A stretch of 64,000 nucleotides of DNA from an uncultured Desulfarculus sp. (GCA_963665125.2 CAXXUK010000001.1:1632001-1696000); one strand, 5' to 3'. Shown: positions 37,841 to 48,566, counted from the first letter of the stretch. Notes: generated by a model not told the origin, from the letters alone. Numbers and translations are program-made.

Positions 37841-39523
37841 TTACTTGGCGCTGTTGTCCAGGGCCTTGGCCAGGCCCACCATCTCGACAAAACCGCCGCG
37901 GTAGCCGTAAGGATCGTCGCCACGGGCGCCACGGGCCAATTCGAGGACATCGTCGTAGGTAAACTGGCCGGTGTACTTGCCGCCGCGCAGGATCTGGCCA
38001 AAGGCGGCCACGGAGGCAGCCCAGCGGAAGTCCTGGTCAGCCTTGGCGATGCTCTCGACCTCCAGGTCCTTGGCAATGGGCATCTCGATCAGCTTGCTGC
38101 TTTCCTGGTCGGGCAGCTTGTAGCGGATCTTGAGGAAGGCCAGCTCGTCGGCGCTGCCCTTGGCCTGCTTCTGATCCTGGTAGCGCAGGGGCTCCATGCG
38201 CAGACCCTTGCCGCCCACCAGGGCGATCTCGTACAGGGCCGTAACGGTGTGGCCCGCGCCGATCTCGCCAGCGTCGACCTTGTCGTTATTGAAGTCTTCC
38301 CTGGCCAGGATGCGGTTTTCATAACCGATGAGCCGGTATTCGGCCACAATGGCCGGATTGAATTCAACCTGGAGCTTGACATCCTTGGCGATGGTCAACA
38401 GCGTGCCGGAAAGCTGCTCCACCAAAACCTTGTTGGCCTCGCTGAGGCGGTCGATGTAGGCGTAGTTGCCGTTGCCTTTGTCGGCCAGCTGCTCCATGAG
38501 TTTTTCATTGTAGTTGCCCGCGCCGAACCCCAGGGTGGTCAGGCCGATGCCGTCCTTGCGCTGCTGCTCGACCATGTCCAACAGGGCCCGGAAGTTGGTC
38601 GTGCCCACGTTGAAGTCGCCGTCGGTGGCCAGCAGGATCCGGTTGATGCCGTCTTTGACAAAGGCCTGGCGGGCCACGTTGTAGGCAAGCTGGATGCCCT
38701 GGCCGCCCGCCGTGGAGCCGCCGGCCTGCAACTTGTCCATGGCCGCCATGATCTTGGCGTGCTGGTCGCCGGAAGTGGGCTCCAACACCACGCCGGCCGC
38801 GCCGGCATAAACCACGATGCTCACCTTGTCATCGGCCCGAAGTTGCTGGGAAAGCATCTTGAAGGCGCTCTTCAAGAGCGGCAGCTTGTCCGGCGAACCC
38901 ATGGAGCCCGAGACGTCCAGCAAAAACACCAGGTTTGCCGGAGGCCGCTTGTCGGTCTTGACTTCATAGCCCTTTATGCCGACGCGCATCAGCAAGGTGT
39001 CCTTGTTCCAGGGCGTGGGGGCGACCGCCACCGAAGCCTTGAACGGCGCGGACTTGTCGCCCGGCGCGGGATAATTGTAGCTGAAGTAGTTGATCAGCTC
39101 TTCCACGCGCACGGCGTCGGTGCGCGGCATCTGGCCGTGATTGAGAAAACGCCGCACATTGGCATAGGAGCCGGTGTCAACGTCGATACTGAAAGTGGAT
39201 ACCGGATCTTCGGCCACGCGCTTGACCGGATTGCCCTTGAGCTCCTGATACTGCTCGCGGTCAACGGGCATGGGCGGCGGCGGGGCCATTCCGGTCATCA
39301 TCCTGCCCCTGGCCGGAGCCGGCGAGACGGCGTAGGCGAGCTTGGCGGTTTCCTGGGCCGCCTGGCCGTCCATGGGGGCTGACGCCTTGCCTTCCTGCTT
39401 TACCTGGGTCTGTTGCGGATTGGCCACGGGGGCCTGATCTTCCGTGTCAAGACCGCCACAAGCACCGGCGGCCAACAGGATGCCGGCCATGAAAATTACC
39501 ATTATACGTTTGACAGCAAACAT
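37841..39523 (-). CDS. YfbK-like vWA domain lipoprotein
   Basis: Lipobox AGA/C; STFSIDVDTGSY, DVSGSM MIDAS, TDGDFNVG, DFNNDKVDAGEIG. Confidence 0.92.
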   Translation of the reverse strand: MFAVKRIMVIFMAGILLAAGACGGLDTEDQAPVANPQQTQVKQEGKASAPMDGQAAQETAKLAYAVSPAPARGRMMTGMAPPPPMPVDREQYQELKGNPVKRVAEDPVSTFSIDVDTGSYANVRRFLNHGQMPRTDAVRVEELINYFSYNYPAPGDKSAPFKASVAVAPTPWNKDTLLMRVGIKGYEVKTDKRPPANLVFLLDVSGSMGSPDKLPLLKSAFKMLSQQLRADDKVSIVVYAGAAGVVLEPTSGDQHAKIMAAMDKLQAGGSTAGGQGIQLAYNVARQAFVKDGINRILLATDGDFNVGTTNFRALLDMVEQQRKDGIGLTTLGFGAGNYNEKLMEQLADKGNGNYAYIDRLSEANKVLVEQLSGTLLTIAKDVKLQVEFNPAIVAEYRLIGYENRILAREDFNNDKVDAGEIGAGHTVTALYEIALVGGKGLRMEPLRYQDQKQAKGSADELAFLKIRYKLPDQESSKLIEMPIAKDLEVESIAKADQDFRWAASVAAFGQILRGGKYTGQFTYDDVLELARGARGDDPYGYRGGFVEMVGLAKALDNSAK

Positions 39524-39613
39524 GACGATCCTTCCCGTTATAAGCAAATTTCTGGAGCCCCCTTCAGTCATGTTAACACAGGCCTGTCGGGCGGCGGCTC
39601 AAACTACGCTTGC

Positions 39614-40390
39614 TTATCGTAGACGAAACGGAACGGCTTTTTCTTTTGGATTTCCGGGGATGTTTTTCAGATTTCTAGGCACTTCGGCGCCGGAATCGCC
39701 CAGATAACCGGCGAAGAGCAAATGCATCCGCCGGTCAAAATTCAACACCAGGGGATCGGCGTTGGGCATCTTGATTACCGGCAGTTCCAGGTTAGCGTTG
39801 GCCAAAGCCAGACTGGCCAGGGCCCACAGGGCCACGCCGTGGCCCGCCACGACGATATTCCCGCCATCCTCCAATAAAGGCAGTATCTCACCTTTCCAGC
39901 ACGGCTCCACCCTGGCGCGGGTATCGGCCAGCGATTCGCCGGACGGCAACAGATCCCTGGGGACGTCGGCGTAGGCCGGATCATTGCACGGGTGTCTGGG
40001 GTCATCAAAAGACAATGGCGGCGGGGCCTGGGTCTGGCCAAAACGCCAGGCTCGGACCTGCAATTCGCCATACCGGGCCAAGACGTCCTCTTTGGTCATG
40101 CCCTGAAGCACGCCCACATGACGCTCATTAAGCTGCCAGCGGTGCTTGGCGTCCAGGTCACACTGCCCCATGGCCGCCAGCAGGGCCTTGAGGGTCTCGA
40201 ATGTCCGTATAAGGCGCGAACAGAAGGCCGCGTCAAAGGCGATGCCCGCTTGATTGATGAGCCTGCCCGCCTCGGCGGCCTGCCTGCGCCCCAAATCCGA
40301 AAGACCGGGGTTGTCCCAACCGGTGTATTTACGTGATTTATTGGAAAGGCTTTGGCCGTGACGCACCAAAACCAGTCTGCCGTATACCAT
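39614..40390 (-). CDS. gpmA: 2,3-BPG-dependent phosphoglycerate mutase
   Basis: LVRHGQS, LNERH.G.LQG, P.GESL, GHG. Confidence 0.85.
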   Translation of the reverse strand: MVYGRLVLVRHGQSLSNKSRKYTGWDNPGLSDLGRRQAAEAGRLINQAGIAFDAAFCSRLIRTFETLKALLAAMGQCDLDAKHRWQLNERHVGVLQGMTKEDVLARYGELQVRAWRFGQTQAPPPLSFDDPRHPCNDPAYADVPRDLLPSGESLADTRARVEPCWKGEILPLLEDGGNIVVAGHGVALWALASLALANANLELPVIKMPNADPLVLNFDRRMHLLFAGYLGDSGAEVPRNLKNIPGNPKEKAVPFRLR

Positions 40391-40481
40391 CGTTATTGCT
40401 CATACATCGAATGCGCGGATAAAGGCGGAATTGTCCCCCCTGCCGGGCAAACGCGCAAGTCCGTTTTGCAAGGTGCATCGT

Positions 40482-41359
40482 TCAGGCGGCTTTTTGGGCG
40501 GCGAATTTCAACAGGATGGCTCCACCGACCGGGCCTTGGCCGATGCCCAGGTCTCCTGGGTCCTGGCCCATGGCCAGCCCCAGGAGTTGCGGGTACAGGG
40601 CAGCGCCGCTGATCCGCGGCGAGTCCGGCGGTGTTTCGTGTTCATAGGCCCCGCTGGCCTGCATGTGGGGGAATACGGGCATGAAACGCAAAGCACCTCT
40701 CCCCCGGCCTCCTGGGCCTCATTGAGGCGTTTTTCGATCATCCCGGCGGCCAGTTCATCATTGCGGCCCCGCAACGGCGCGCCGCAGCAGGAAAGCTTCC
40801 CCGCCCAGTCGACAATTTGGGCGCCGGTGACCAATACCAGTTCATCACTGATCAGGGGGTGCCAGGGGTCGTCGAAGTTGGTCATCTGGCTTGGCCGCAG
40901 GGCGTGGCAGCCGTGCAGCACGGCCACATTCATGTCCCGGTATGGCCGCACGATCTTTTGTTTTATGGTCTCCAGCCCCACGTCGTTGTGCAAAACAGTA
41001 AGCAAATGTTTGGCCACGGCCTTGCCGGTGTACTCCAGGCCATCCTCGGACAGCCTGGCGTTGACGTGATCCCAAAGATTTCGGTCTTCTTGCAGGTAAT
41101 ACGCCGCGGTCTTGAATGCCCCCAGACAGCACTTGCACTGGGTCATGATGTCCAGGCCGGCCTTTTCGGCCATGGCCAAGGTACGGCAGGCGGAGTGCAA
41201 AAAAGACTCAAAATACAGGTTGCGCATGGGATAACCGCAGCAGGTGAACTCCAGTTCCACCAGTTCCACGTCAAGGGCGGCGCATACGGCGCGAGTCGAC
41301 GACTCGTAAGCGGGTACGTAAAACGGCGTCTTACAACCCAGAAAGAATGCGTATCTCAT
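40482..41359 (-). pseudogene. HdrB-like CCG-domain subunit, frameshifted near 3' end
   Basis: FLGC, CCG x2; after CPY a C5 run (~40667-40671) shifts frame, and the C-terminus YPQLLGLAMG lies in the 40482-40691 frame. Confidence 0.8.
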
Positions 41360-41360
41360 A

Positions 41361-43037
41361 TCAATCCGCCTTCCCGGCCCGGCCGGTTCCGGCAGCCAGG
41401 TTTGTCAACTCAATGAAAATGTCGGTGACGCGCACTCCCTGGGGACAGGCCTCCTGGCAACGGTAACAACTCAGGCAGTTCCAGATCATCCGCGCGCCCA
41501 AGGCCTCTTCCCGCAGGCCCATGCCTAAAGTGTGCATCACCTGATGAGGCGTCAAATCCAGCGTTGCCTTGGGATCATCGCACTACTGCACAACCGGGCA
41601 AACCGTGGTGCAGGTCTTGCATTCGTAGCATCCGGCAAAGGTCTGGGCCTTGGCCGATAGTTCCATACCGGGAATTTCGGCGCCGGATCCGATACGGAGC
41701 ACCTCGGCCCGGCGGCTTGGTTCGGCCGCCTCGGAAGTACGCCTGGCCGCGCCCCCGTAGGTATCCTCCATGCCCGCGGCGTCCAAATCCTCAAGCTGGG
41801 CGGCCCACAGGTCATGCAGGTCGATGCCCACCGGACAAAGGTCGGTGCAACGATGGCAGGATGTGCATATATCGGCCCCCTGGCGCAGCAGGTTCAGGCT
41901 CCGGGCGTCCATCTTCACGCCCCGGCTCATCCGGGCCAGGGAATGAAGCTTTTCCGAGGGCAGGATGTCCAGGATGCCCAGTTCGTCCATGGCCGTGGAC
42001 ACCGAACAATGGATGGAGCACAACGCGCAGTGGGTGCAGGCGTCGATTTCCAGAGCCCGAACAAATGCTCTTGATGCCGGATACATATCCCGGCGTTTGT
42101 TGGCGTGGTTTATCGCCGCCACCAGCGGCGAGGTGAATATGTGCAGGAATTTGGTCCAGGGCAGCAGGGCCAGACCCACGAAGCAGGCCATATAATGCAG
42201 GACCCACAAGAAATGCTCAGCGCCCGCATCGACCAACATGACTGCCGCCGGTGAAACGGCCTTGGACAGGCCGTACGAGGCGAATGACCACTGGGGCCGT
42301 GCGTGGCAAGCAACACAGGAGTCCTGGTTCAATTCGCTGCCCTTCTCCATCAGCTCTTCGCTGTGGGGAGGCACTTTTCCTTTGGGAAAGGCCACGCCGT
42401 AATCCGCGGACCAGACCAGGCGCAAGGCCTCGACTTCGTCGGGTTCGTCAGGGTCGCCATAGTCCTCAATCATCCGGTCAAAGACCTTGTACGAGCCGAT
42501 CTTGACGGACCACAGCCCGAAGCCGGATATTACGATCAGCGCCACCGCCACCAACGCCACCACGTCCACGGCCCGGTTCGTGCGGCGCATACCCCGCTCG
42601 GTGTAACGGCGGTAAACCGCCATGGCCACGCCGAAGAGGATCAGCACTCCGCAAAGATCGCGCAAAAACAAAAACGGGTTCAATGTGAAATAGTAATCAT
42701 CGAAGAGGTTCGCCGAGGCGATTTCCTGCATGGCGTGAAAAACCAGCAGCAGGATAAACCCGGCTAAAATGAGCATGTGCCCCAGCCAGCGGGAAAAACC
42801 CGTGAGCAACAAGCGCCGCTGAAACAGCCCGTCAAGGATTGCCGCCCAAATGAATTTGAAGATTCGGGCGCTGAAGAGGAAGGCCGCCACTCATCCGATA
42901 ACGTGCGAAAGCCTGCTGAACGGGCCGTGCGCCCTGCCGTCTAGGCCGACCGGTTCGCTGAGCCACTGCCAAAAGCGCCACAGCAGGCCAAGACAACAAA
43001 AAACCAAGGCGGGATATAAGGGATAGGTAAACAGCAT
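41361..43037 (-). pseudogene. Membrane-bound HdrC-like multi-[4Fe-4S] protein with two in-frame stops
   Basis: One frame from ATG 43037: NarI-like TMs, CVACH, four ferredoxin-type motifs; interrupted by TGA 42891-42893 and TAG 41583-41585. Confidence 0.8.
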
Positions 43038-43194
43038 CAGTTCACTTCCGCAACCAATCGACTCTACTGCGCATCCCCCACGAGTTGGAGACGTCATAGT
43101 AACTACTATCAAAAGGATTACACAACGACATCGTTGCGTCCACGGCATTCCTACCAACCAATAGGCCATTAAATCCCGCCGCGTTATTTTTGTC

Positions 43195-43223
43195 TTGACA
43201 TTTATTGTCAGCATGACGACAAT
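43195..43223 (+). promoter_or_regulatory. -35 TTGACA with adjacent palindrome (candidate MarR operator)
   Basis: ttgaca then attgtc-agcatgac-gacaat upstream of the marR-family gene. Confidence 0.55.
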
Positions 43224-43262
43224 CTCATCATATACTATCAGCGCACCACCAGTGGAGGCGGT

Positions 43263-43772
43263 ATGGCTCTGAAATTGACCATGTTCCCCATGGAGCAGTC
43301 CAACGGCTTTGTAATGAGGCTGGCGGCAAACCGCATGAAAAGCGGGCTTAACAGGGCCTTTCAGGCCGCCAATTTGGAAATGACCGCCGAGCAGTGGTCC
43401 GTGTTGGCCGCATTGCGCCAACAGGACGGCCTCTCCCAGACAGACCTGGCCGCCACGGTGACCAAAGACCGCCAGACCATGACCCGCATTCTGGATTTGC
43501 TGGAAAGCGGCGGCCACGTCCAACGCAGACCCCATCCCAACGACCGGCGCTGCAATCTGGTTTTCATCACCACCAGCGGCCTGAAGATGCAGCAAAAACT
43601 GACCGATGTCGCCGAGCAGTTCACCGAACATGCCTTCATCGGACTGACCCAAGAAGACCTGGATCAACTGATGCGCATCAGCCGCATCGTTGCCCAAAAC
43701 ATCAACGATATGGACCCCGAGGCCCTCTTCGGCCCGGGCAAGGCAAAACAAATTCAAGGAGGCGGGCGGTGA
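43263..43772 (+). CDS. MarR family regulator
   Basis: T.EQW.VL, LSQ.DLA, DRR..LV..T..G. Confidence 0.93.
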   Translation: MALKLTMFPMEQSNGFVMRLAANRMKSGLNRAFQAANLEMTAEQWSVLAALRQQDGLSQTDLAATVTKDRQTMTRILDLLESGGHVQRRPHPNDRRCNLVFITTSGLKMQQKLTDVAEQFTEHAFIGLTQEDLDQLMRISRIVAQNINDMDPEALFGPGKAKQIQGGGR

Positions 43773-44461
43773 ATCCCCAACAGATCATCGACGATGCCCG
43801 GTCAGCGGGCTCCCGGGCGCTGAGCGAGTTTGACTCCAAACAGTTATTGGAGGCCTACGGCGTGCCCATCACCAGGGAAATTCTTGCCCAGAACTGGGAA
43901 CAGGCCGTGTCGGCCGCCAGGAAAATGCCCGTCAAGGTGGCCCTAAAGGCCTGTTCGCCGCAGTTGATGCATAAAAGCGACGGCGGCTGGATCGTCCTTG
44001 GCCTGCAAAACGACGACGACGTGGCCGAGGCCTATGGTCGTCTGACAGCTAAGGCACTCCAACAGGGCATCGAGTTGCAGGGAGTCCTGGTCCAGGAGAT
44101 GATCTCCGGCAATCGTGAGTTGGTGCTGGGCCTCAACCGCGACCCCCAATTCGGCCCCTGCGTAATGGTGGGCATGGGCGGCGTATTCGCCGAGGTCCTC
44201 TCGGACACCGCCTTCCGCATGGCCCCCTTGGACCAGTTCGAAGCCGAAGAAATGATCGGCGATCTCAAATGCGCCAAGATGCTGGGATCGTTCCGGGGAC
44301 AGGGGCCGGTTGACATGCAGTCGCTTTGCCGGGCCATCCAGGGCGTGGCGGCCATCGGCCTGGAGCACCCCGAAATTGCCGAAATCGACGTCAACCCGCT
44401 GATCATCGAGCCCGGCGGCGCAATAAAAGCCGTTGACGGGCTGGTTGTGTTGGGAGAATAG
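43769..44461 (+). CDS. ADP-forming acyl-CoA synthetase beta (ATP-grasp) subunit
   Basis: LSE.DSK.LL..YGVP, HKSD.G, RDPQFGP, EIDVNP; GTG overlaps marR stop. Confidence 0.9.
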   Translation: MNPQQIIDDARSAGSRALSEFDSKQLLEAYGVPITREILAQNWEQAVSAARKMPVKVALKACSPQLMHKSDGGWIVLGLQNDDDVAEAYGRLTAKALQQGIELQGVLVQEMISGNRELVLGLNRDPQFGPCVMVGMGGVFAEVLSDTAFRMAPLDQFEAEEMIGDLKCAKMLGSFRGQGPVDMQSLCRAIQGVAAIGLEHPEIAEIDVNPLIIEPGGAIKAVDGLVVLGE

Positions 44462-44464
44462 ACC

Positions 44465-45934
44465 ATGAAGCCGTTGCATGACAACCCGCTGTTCCGTTTG
44501 ATTTCGCCCCGCAGCCTGGCCTTTTTCGGGGCCTCCAACAATATGATGAACATGGGCTCCATGATACTGGCCAGGGTCATGGAGCTTGGCTACCAGGGCC
44601 AGATATTCCCGATCCATCCCAAGGAAGACACTGTGCTGGGGCACAAGGCCTATGCAACCATAGCCGACACCCCTGAAATCCCCGACCTGGCAGTAATGAT
44701 CCTGCCTTCCAAGGTAATCCCCGACGTTATGGAGCAGTGCGGCAAACGGGGCGTGAAAAACGCCGTGGTGGTCAGCGGAGGTTTCGAGGAGGTGGGCGCC
44801 GAAGGCGCGGCCATGCAAAAGCGAATGGCCGAGATAGCCGACCAATACGGCATGCGCTTTGTGGGCCCCAACTGCCTGGGCGTTTGCAATCCGCACATCG
44901 GCCTCAACACCACTCCCCTGCCCTACGAAGCCAAACCCGGTTTTATCGGCCTGGTAACCCAAAGCGGCAGCTTCATGACCCAGATGTACGACTTTCTCGA
45001 CCGTCACGAGATCGGCTTCAGCACGGCCCTGAGCGTGGGCAACGAGGCCAACGTGGATCTGGTTGACTGCCTGGAGTTGTTGGGCCAAGACCCGAATACC
45101 AAGGTCATCGGCATGTACATCGAGTCCATCCGCCGGGGCCGCGAGTTCGTGGAGCTTGCCCGCCAGATCACGCCCCACAAGCCCATCGTGGCCTTTTACG
45201 TGGGCGGCTCGGAGACCGGCAGCCGGGCGGCGTTGTCCCACACCGGAGCCCTGGCCGGGCCGGACAAGCTCTATGACGGCATCTTCGCCCAAAGCGGAGT
45301 GGTACGGGCCCAGACCATCACCGAGATGTTCGACATGTGCTGGGCCCTGGGCGCCCTGCCCCTGCCCCAGGGAGACGGCATGGCCATCCAGACCGACTCG
45401 GGCGGACCGGGCGCGGCCGGGGCAGACGCCGTGGAGCGGGCAGGCCTACGGGTGCCGCCGTTGTCGAACTCCACCAAGGAATTGCTAAAACCGCTTATCC
45501 CGCCCACGGCCAGCGCCAACAACCCGGTGGACATCACCTTCCCCAGAGAATTCAGAAACTACTACCACGACCTGCCGGACATCCTGCTGCAAGACCCCGA
45601 GCTTGCCGGTTTACTGGTCTATTTCATTCTGCCGGTGAACCTGATGCAGCCCTCATTGGTGGCCCAGGGCATGACTCCTGAAGAGGCGACAGAGGAAGCC
45701 ATCAAACAGACGGCAAAGCTTTACACGTCGACTTTGGACATGGTCAAAAAGCATGGCAAGCCGATCATGGGCTACAGCTTCAACAGCCTGGAAAAAGAAC
45801 CCATAAAGAGCCTGCTGCGGGCTGGCATGCCGGTGTTCCCCACGCCCCAGCGGGCGGCCAGGGCCATGGCCGGCATGGTCCGCTACGCCAAACTGCGCCG
45901 CAAGCTCGAGGAGCAGCTGCGCCTGGCGGCATAG
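44465..45934 (+). CDS. ADP-forming acyl-CoA synthetase alpha subunit
   Basis: PRSLAFFGAS, GPNCLG, SHTGALAG, NPVD. Confidence 0.9.
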   Translation: MKPLHDNPLFRLISPRSLAFFGASNNMMNMGSMILARVMELGYQGQIFPIHPKEDTVLGHKAYATIADTPEIPDLAVMILPSKVIPDVMEQCGKRGVKNAVVVSGGFEEVGAEGAAMQKRMAEIADQYGMRFVGPNCLGVCNPHIGLNTTPLPYEAKPGFIGLVTQSGSFMTQMYDFLDRHEIGFSTALSVGNEANVDLVDCLELLGQDPNTKVIGMYIESIRRGREFVELARQITPHKPIVAFYVGGSETGSRAALSHTGALAGPDKLYDGIFAQSGVVRAQTITEMFDMCWALGALPLPQGDGMAIQTDSGGPGAAGADAVERAGLRVPPLSNSTKELLKPLIPPTASANNPVDITFPREFRNYYHDLPDILLQDPELAGLLVYFILPVNLMQPSLVAQGMTPEEATEEAIKQTAKLYTSTLDMVKKHGKPIMGYSFNSLEKEPIKSLLRAGMPVFPTPQRAARAMAGMVRYAKLRRKLEEQLRLAA

Positions 45935-46033
45935 GCCGGACATCCGCCGCGCAAACAGCCGGGCCGCATATGGTCCGGCTGTTTTATTTGCGCACTGATT
46001 ATTTCATCAATTTGATTTAGTTTGGTTTTATTT

Positions 46034-46048
46034 TTTTGCATTGCAAAA
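46034..46048. promoter_or_regulatory. Candidate PhaR box
   Basis: ttttgca-t-tgcaaaa (TGC-N3-GCA core) upstream of phasin-like/phaR genes. Confidence 0.6.
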
Positions 46049-46108
46049 TAATCTTGCCGCCTCCGCTGTCTTTGCTACAATGAAAATAGACATGCAAAGG
46101 GGGTTGTC

Positions 46109-46519
46109 ATGAGCGAAATCAAACAAGACAAGTCAGTGGAAGAACCGCAGGGATTTGACCGGGCCGAAGAGGCCCGCAAGGCCTGGAACAAGGCCGCGGC
46201 GCGCATGCGCGTATCCTTGCGCAAGGCCCACCGGCTGGCCCACGAAAGCGCCAAGGAGACCGCAGGCATCGCCATCGACGCCATCCAGGGCCACTGCAAC
46301 TGCGGCGCGGAAACAGCCAGAAGCATGCTCAAGGCCGAAACAGTAGAAGATGCGGCCAAGGCCCTGCACCGCCGGGCCAGGCTGGCCCCCCGGCGTTGCG
46401 TGCGCAATACCGGCCGCATCACCCGCAGTTCGGCAAAGGGTGCTTTGTCCGTCCTCCGCGAGGTGACCAGGGGTGTCAACCGGGCCCTGGACGCCTTTGG
46501 CGACATGCGCGTGCTGTAG
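46109..46519 (+). CDS. Phasin-like helical protein
   Basis: Ala/Arg-rich helical protein directly upstream of phaR; assignment mostly from context. Confidence 0.5.
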   Translation: MSEIKQDKSVEEPQGFDRAEEARKAWNKAAARMRVSLRKAHRLAHESAKETAGIAIDAIQGHCNCGAETARSMLKAETVEDAAKALHRRARLAPRRCVRNTGRITRSSAKGALSVLREVTRGVNRALDAFGDMRVL

Positions 46520-46523
46520 CCCG

Positions 46524-46988
46524 GTGGCCGAAGAAGTAGTTCTCAAACGCTACGCCAACCGCAGGCTCTACGACACCTCGGCCAGCCGCCATGTAACCCT
46601 GGCCGAGGCCGCCGATATGATCCGCGGGGGCAAGCGGCTGCGGGTTGTCGCGGCCAAAGGCGGCGACGATCTCACCGCCCTGGTCCTCACCCAGATCCTT
46701 CTGGAAGAGGCCAAGAACCGTGACTTGCTGCTGCCTCCGGACATACTGCATATGATCATCCGCCACGGCCCGTCCTTGGACGGCTTTTTCCGGGGCCATT
46801 TGAAGGCGCTCATGGAGATGTGGCTGGGCATGCGAGAGGCGGCGGACAGGGGCTTCCGGGCAATCCTGGGCCTGGACGGCGGCAAAACGTCATCTCCGGC
46901 GGACGGACTTGGCGCGCTACGCCGGGGCCTTGAGGATTTTTTAGGCCTTGGCAAGGGCCCCAAAGACCAAAACAAAAGCCGTAAATAG
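46524..46988 (+). CDS. phaR: PHA synthesis regulator
   Basis: LKRYANRRLYDT..S..VTL, G.DLT..VL.QI.LEE. Confidence 0.9.
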   Translation: MAEEVVLKRYANRRLYDTSASRHVTLAEAADMIRGGKRLRVVAAKGGDDLTALVLTQILLEEAKNRDLLLPPDILHMIIRHGPSLDGFFRGHLKALMEMWLGMREAADRGFRAILGLDGGKTSSPADGLGALRRGLEDFLGLGKGPKDQNKSRK

Positions 46989-47115
46989 GGCCGCGCCGTC
47001 CACGCCCCTCATCAGCCATTTACACAATTCCAGCCTTTATAAATCAAAACCATATCCGGGTTACCTGTTTTCTAAAAAATGGCCCTGATCCAAAAAATAT
47101 TTTTTCTTAAAATTT

Positions 47116-47145
47116 TGTAAACAATTCGTCGGCGGGCTGCGTCTA
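47116..47145 (+). promoter_or_regulatory. ECF-type promoter
   Basis: GTAAAC-17 nt-CGTCTAA upstream of a Spy/CpxP-like gene. Confidence 0.55.
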
Positions 47146-47198
47146 AGAAAGCAAACAGGAACTTTATGCGTCCAAACGTGTAGAGGGGAGATGACCCG

Positions 47199-47657
47199 AT
47201 GACCGCAAGACGAACCATAATCGCAGTTTTCACGGCGATAATTTGTCTGACCGCAAGTTCGGCAATGGCCGTTCAGGCCGTTTGGGAAAACAGCTGCTGG
47301 TGGCGCGACGGTCGCATCGCCGCGGACCTGAGGCTCACCCGCTACGAAGTCGACCAACTTGAATACATGCAAAGAGGCGTCAATCAGCGCATGGCCGAAC
47401 TCAACAACCGCATCCTACAGGCCCACAGAAGCATCGACGGCGAACTTGGCCGCAGGAATCCCCATATGGACCGCGTTGAGCGCGAGATTCGCACCATTGA
47501 ACAGGCCACAGCCGAGTTGGCCGGTTTGCACCTGCGCCACGACCTGGATGTGCGCCGCCTTCTGGGGCAGCACCGCTACAACCAGGCCCAGCGCCAATTC
47601 AACTGGCAACGGCATCACCAGCATGGCGGTCCTGTGCTCTACTCGGTGACAAATTAA
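47199..47657 (+). CDS. Periplasmic Spy/CpxP-like helical protein
   Basis: Signal peptide; WW......L.LT..E...L and VRRLL...Y.Q motifs. Confidence 0.7.
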   Translation: MTARRTIIAVFTAIICLTASSAMAVQAVWENSCWWRDGRIAADLRLTRYEVDQLEYMQRGVNQRMAELNNRILQAHRSIDGELGRRNPHMDRVEREIRTIEQATAELAGLHLRHDLDVRRLLGQHRYNQAQRQFNWQRHHQHGGPVLYSVTN

Positions 47658-47695
47658 CACGATTCAAACGAATTCAAGATAAGGGGAGGGTTAAA

Positions 47696-48064
47696 ATGAC
47701 TAACAGACTGCTAATCGCCGCCGCCCTGGCCATGATCCTCATCGGCGGCGCCATGACATCGGGCTGCGCCACCACCTACGCCGGTTACCAAGGCGGGGCC
47801 GTGGGCGCGGGCGTGGGCGCCGTGGCCGGCGCGCTCATCGACGCCGGCAATCCCTGGCGCGGCGGGGCTATCGGCGCGGGTCTGGGGGCCATCCTGGGTT
47901 CGGCCATGGGCGACATCAGCGCCAACGCATCCCGCAACAATTACAACCACCGCCCGTCTTACGGCCCTCCGGCCTATAACAGGCCTCCCGCCTACCGTCC
48001 GCCGGCCTACAATCCGGGCAGCTACCGTCCCCAGGGACCCCAGTACGGCTACTACGTGTACTAA
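47696..48064 (+). CDS. Glycine-zipper lipoprotein
   Basis: Lipobox TSG/C; GA.GA..GA..GA repeats; Pro/Tyr-rich tail. Confidence 0.85.
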   Translation: MTNRLLIAAALAMILIGGAMTSGCATTYAGYQGGAVGAGVGAVAGALIDAGNPWRGGAIGAGLGAILGSAMGDISANASRNNYNHRPSYGPPAYNRPPAYRPPAYNPGSYRPQGPQYGYYVY

Positions 48065-48120
48065 ATAGCCTGCATACCAATAGGACGCTTTAGCCGCTTT
48101 CGCCCATGGGGAGCGGTTTT

Positions 48121-48453
48121 TCATTTCAACCGCGCCCCGCAATGGGGACAAAACCCGAAACCCGGTTCGATCTTGCCGCCGCAGCCGGGGCAGCGGTTCG
48201 ACGGGCGCACGTCGCCGCCGCCCGATTCGCCGCCGGGGTCGCTCATGGCCCCGCAACGCCCGCACTCCAAGACCACCTGCCCCTTTTTCAGAGGAAACAG
48301 CGGGACAAAGAACAGGCTCAGATAGTTGTCCAGCCGCACCAGCCTTGCCGCCGGCAATCCACAGGCCGGGCAGGTCCTGACCCCGGACTCGAGCTTGGTT
48401 TTCTTGGGCTGAACCCCGCCGATAAAGATGAAGGCGCACCTCCGCTGACCCAA
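48121..48453 (-). CDS. Zinc-ribbon protein (start uncertain)
   Basis: FIGGVQPK, CPAC, LSLFFVPLFP, C.RC, CPGC..CPHCG. Confidence 0.8.
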   Translation of the reverse strand: MGQRRCAFIFIGGVQPKKTKLESGVRTCPACGLPAARLVRLDNYLSLFFVPLFPLKKGQVVLECGRCGAMSDPGGESGGGDVRPSNRCPGCGGKIEPGFGFCPHCGARLK

Positions 48454-48566
48454 GGCTTAAAAACCCCGGCAGATCAAAAATTCACTTACTATTTCCCGGG
48501 CTGTCGTGGCACATTATGGCGAACCGCATAACAAGCGCGCGATTTCATACGAGCAGGATATACGAT

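Noticed and set aside
41583..42893. In-frame TAG/TGA as pyrrolysine or selenocysteine recoding
   Set aside because: The TGA is not at a Cys-ligand position and no SECIS is evident. All three stop types plus frameshifts occur in the window's damaged genes, and intact genes use TAG/TGA as normal stops.
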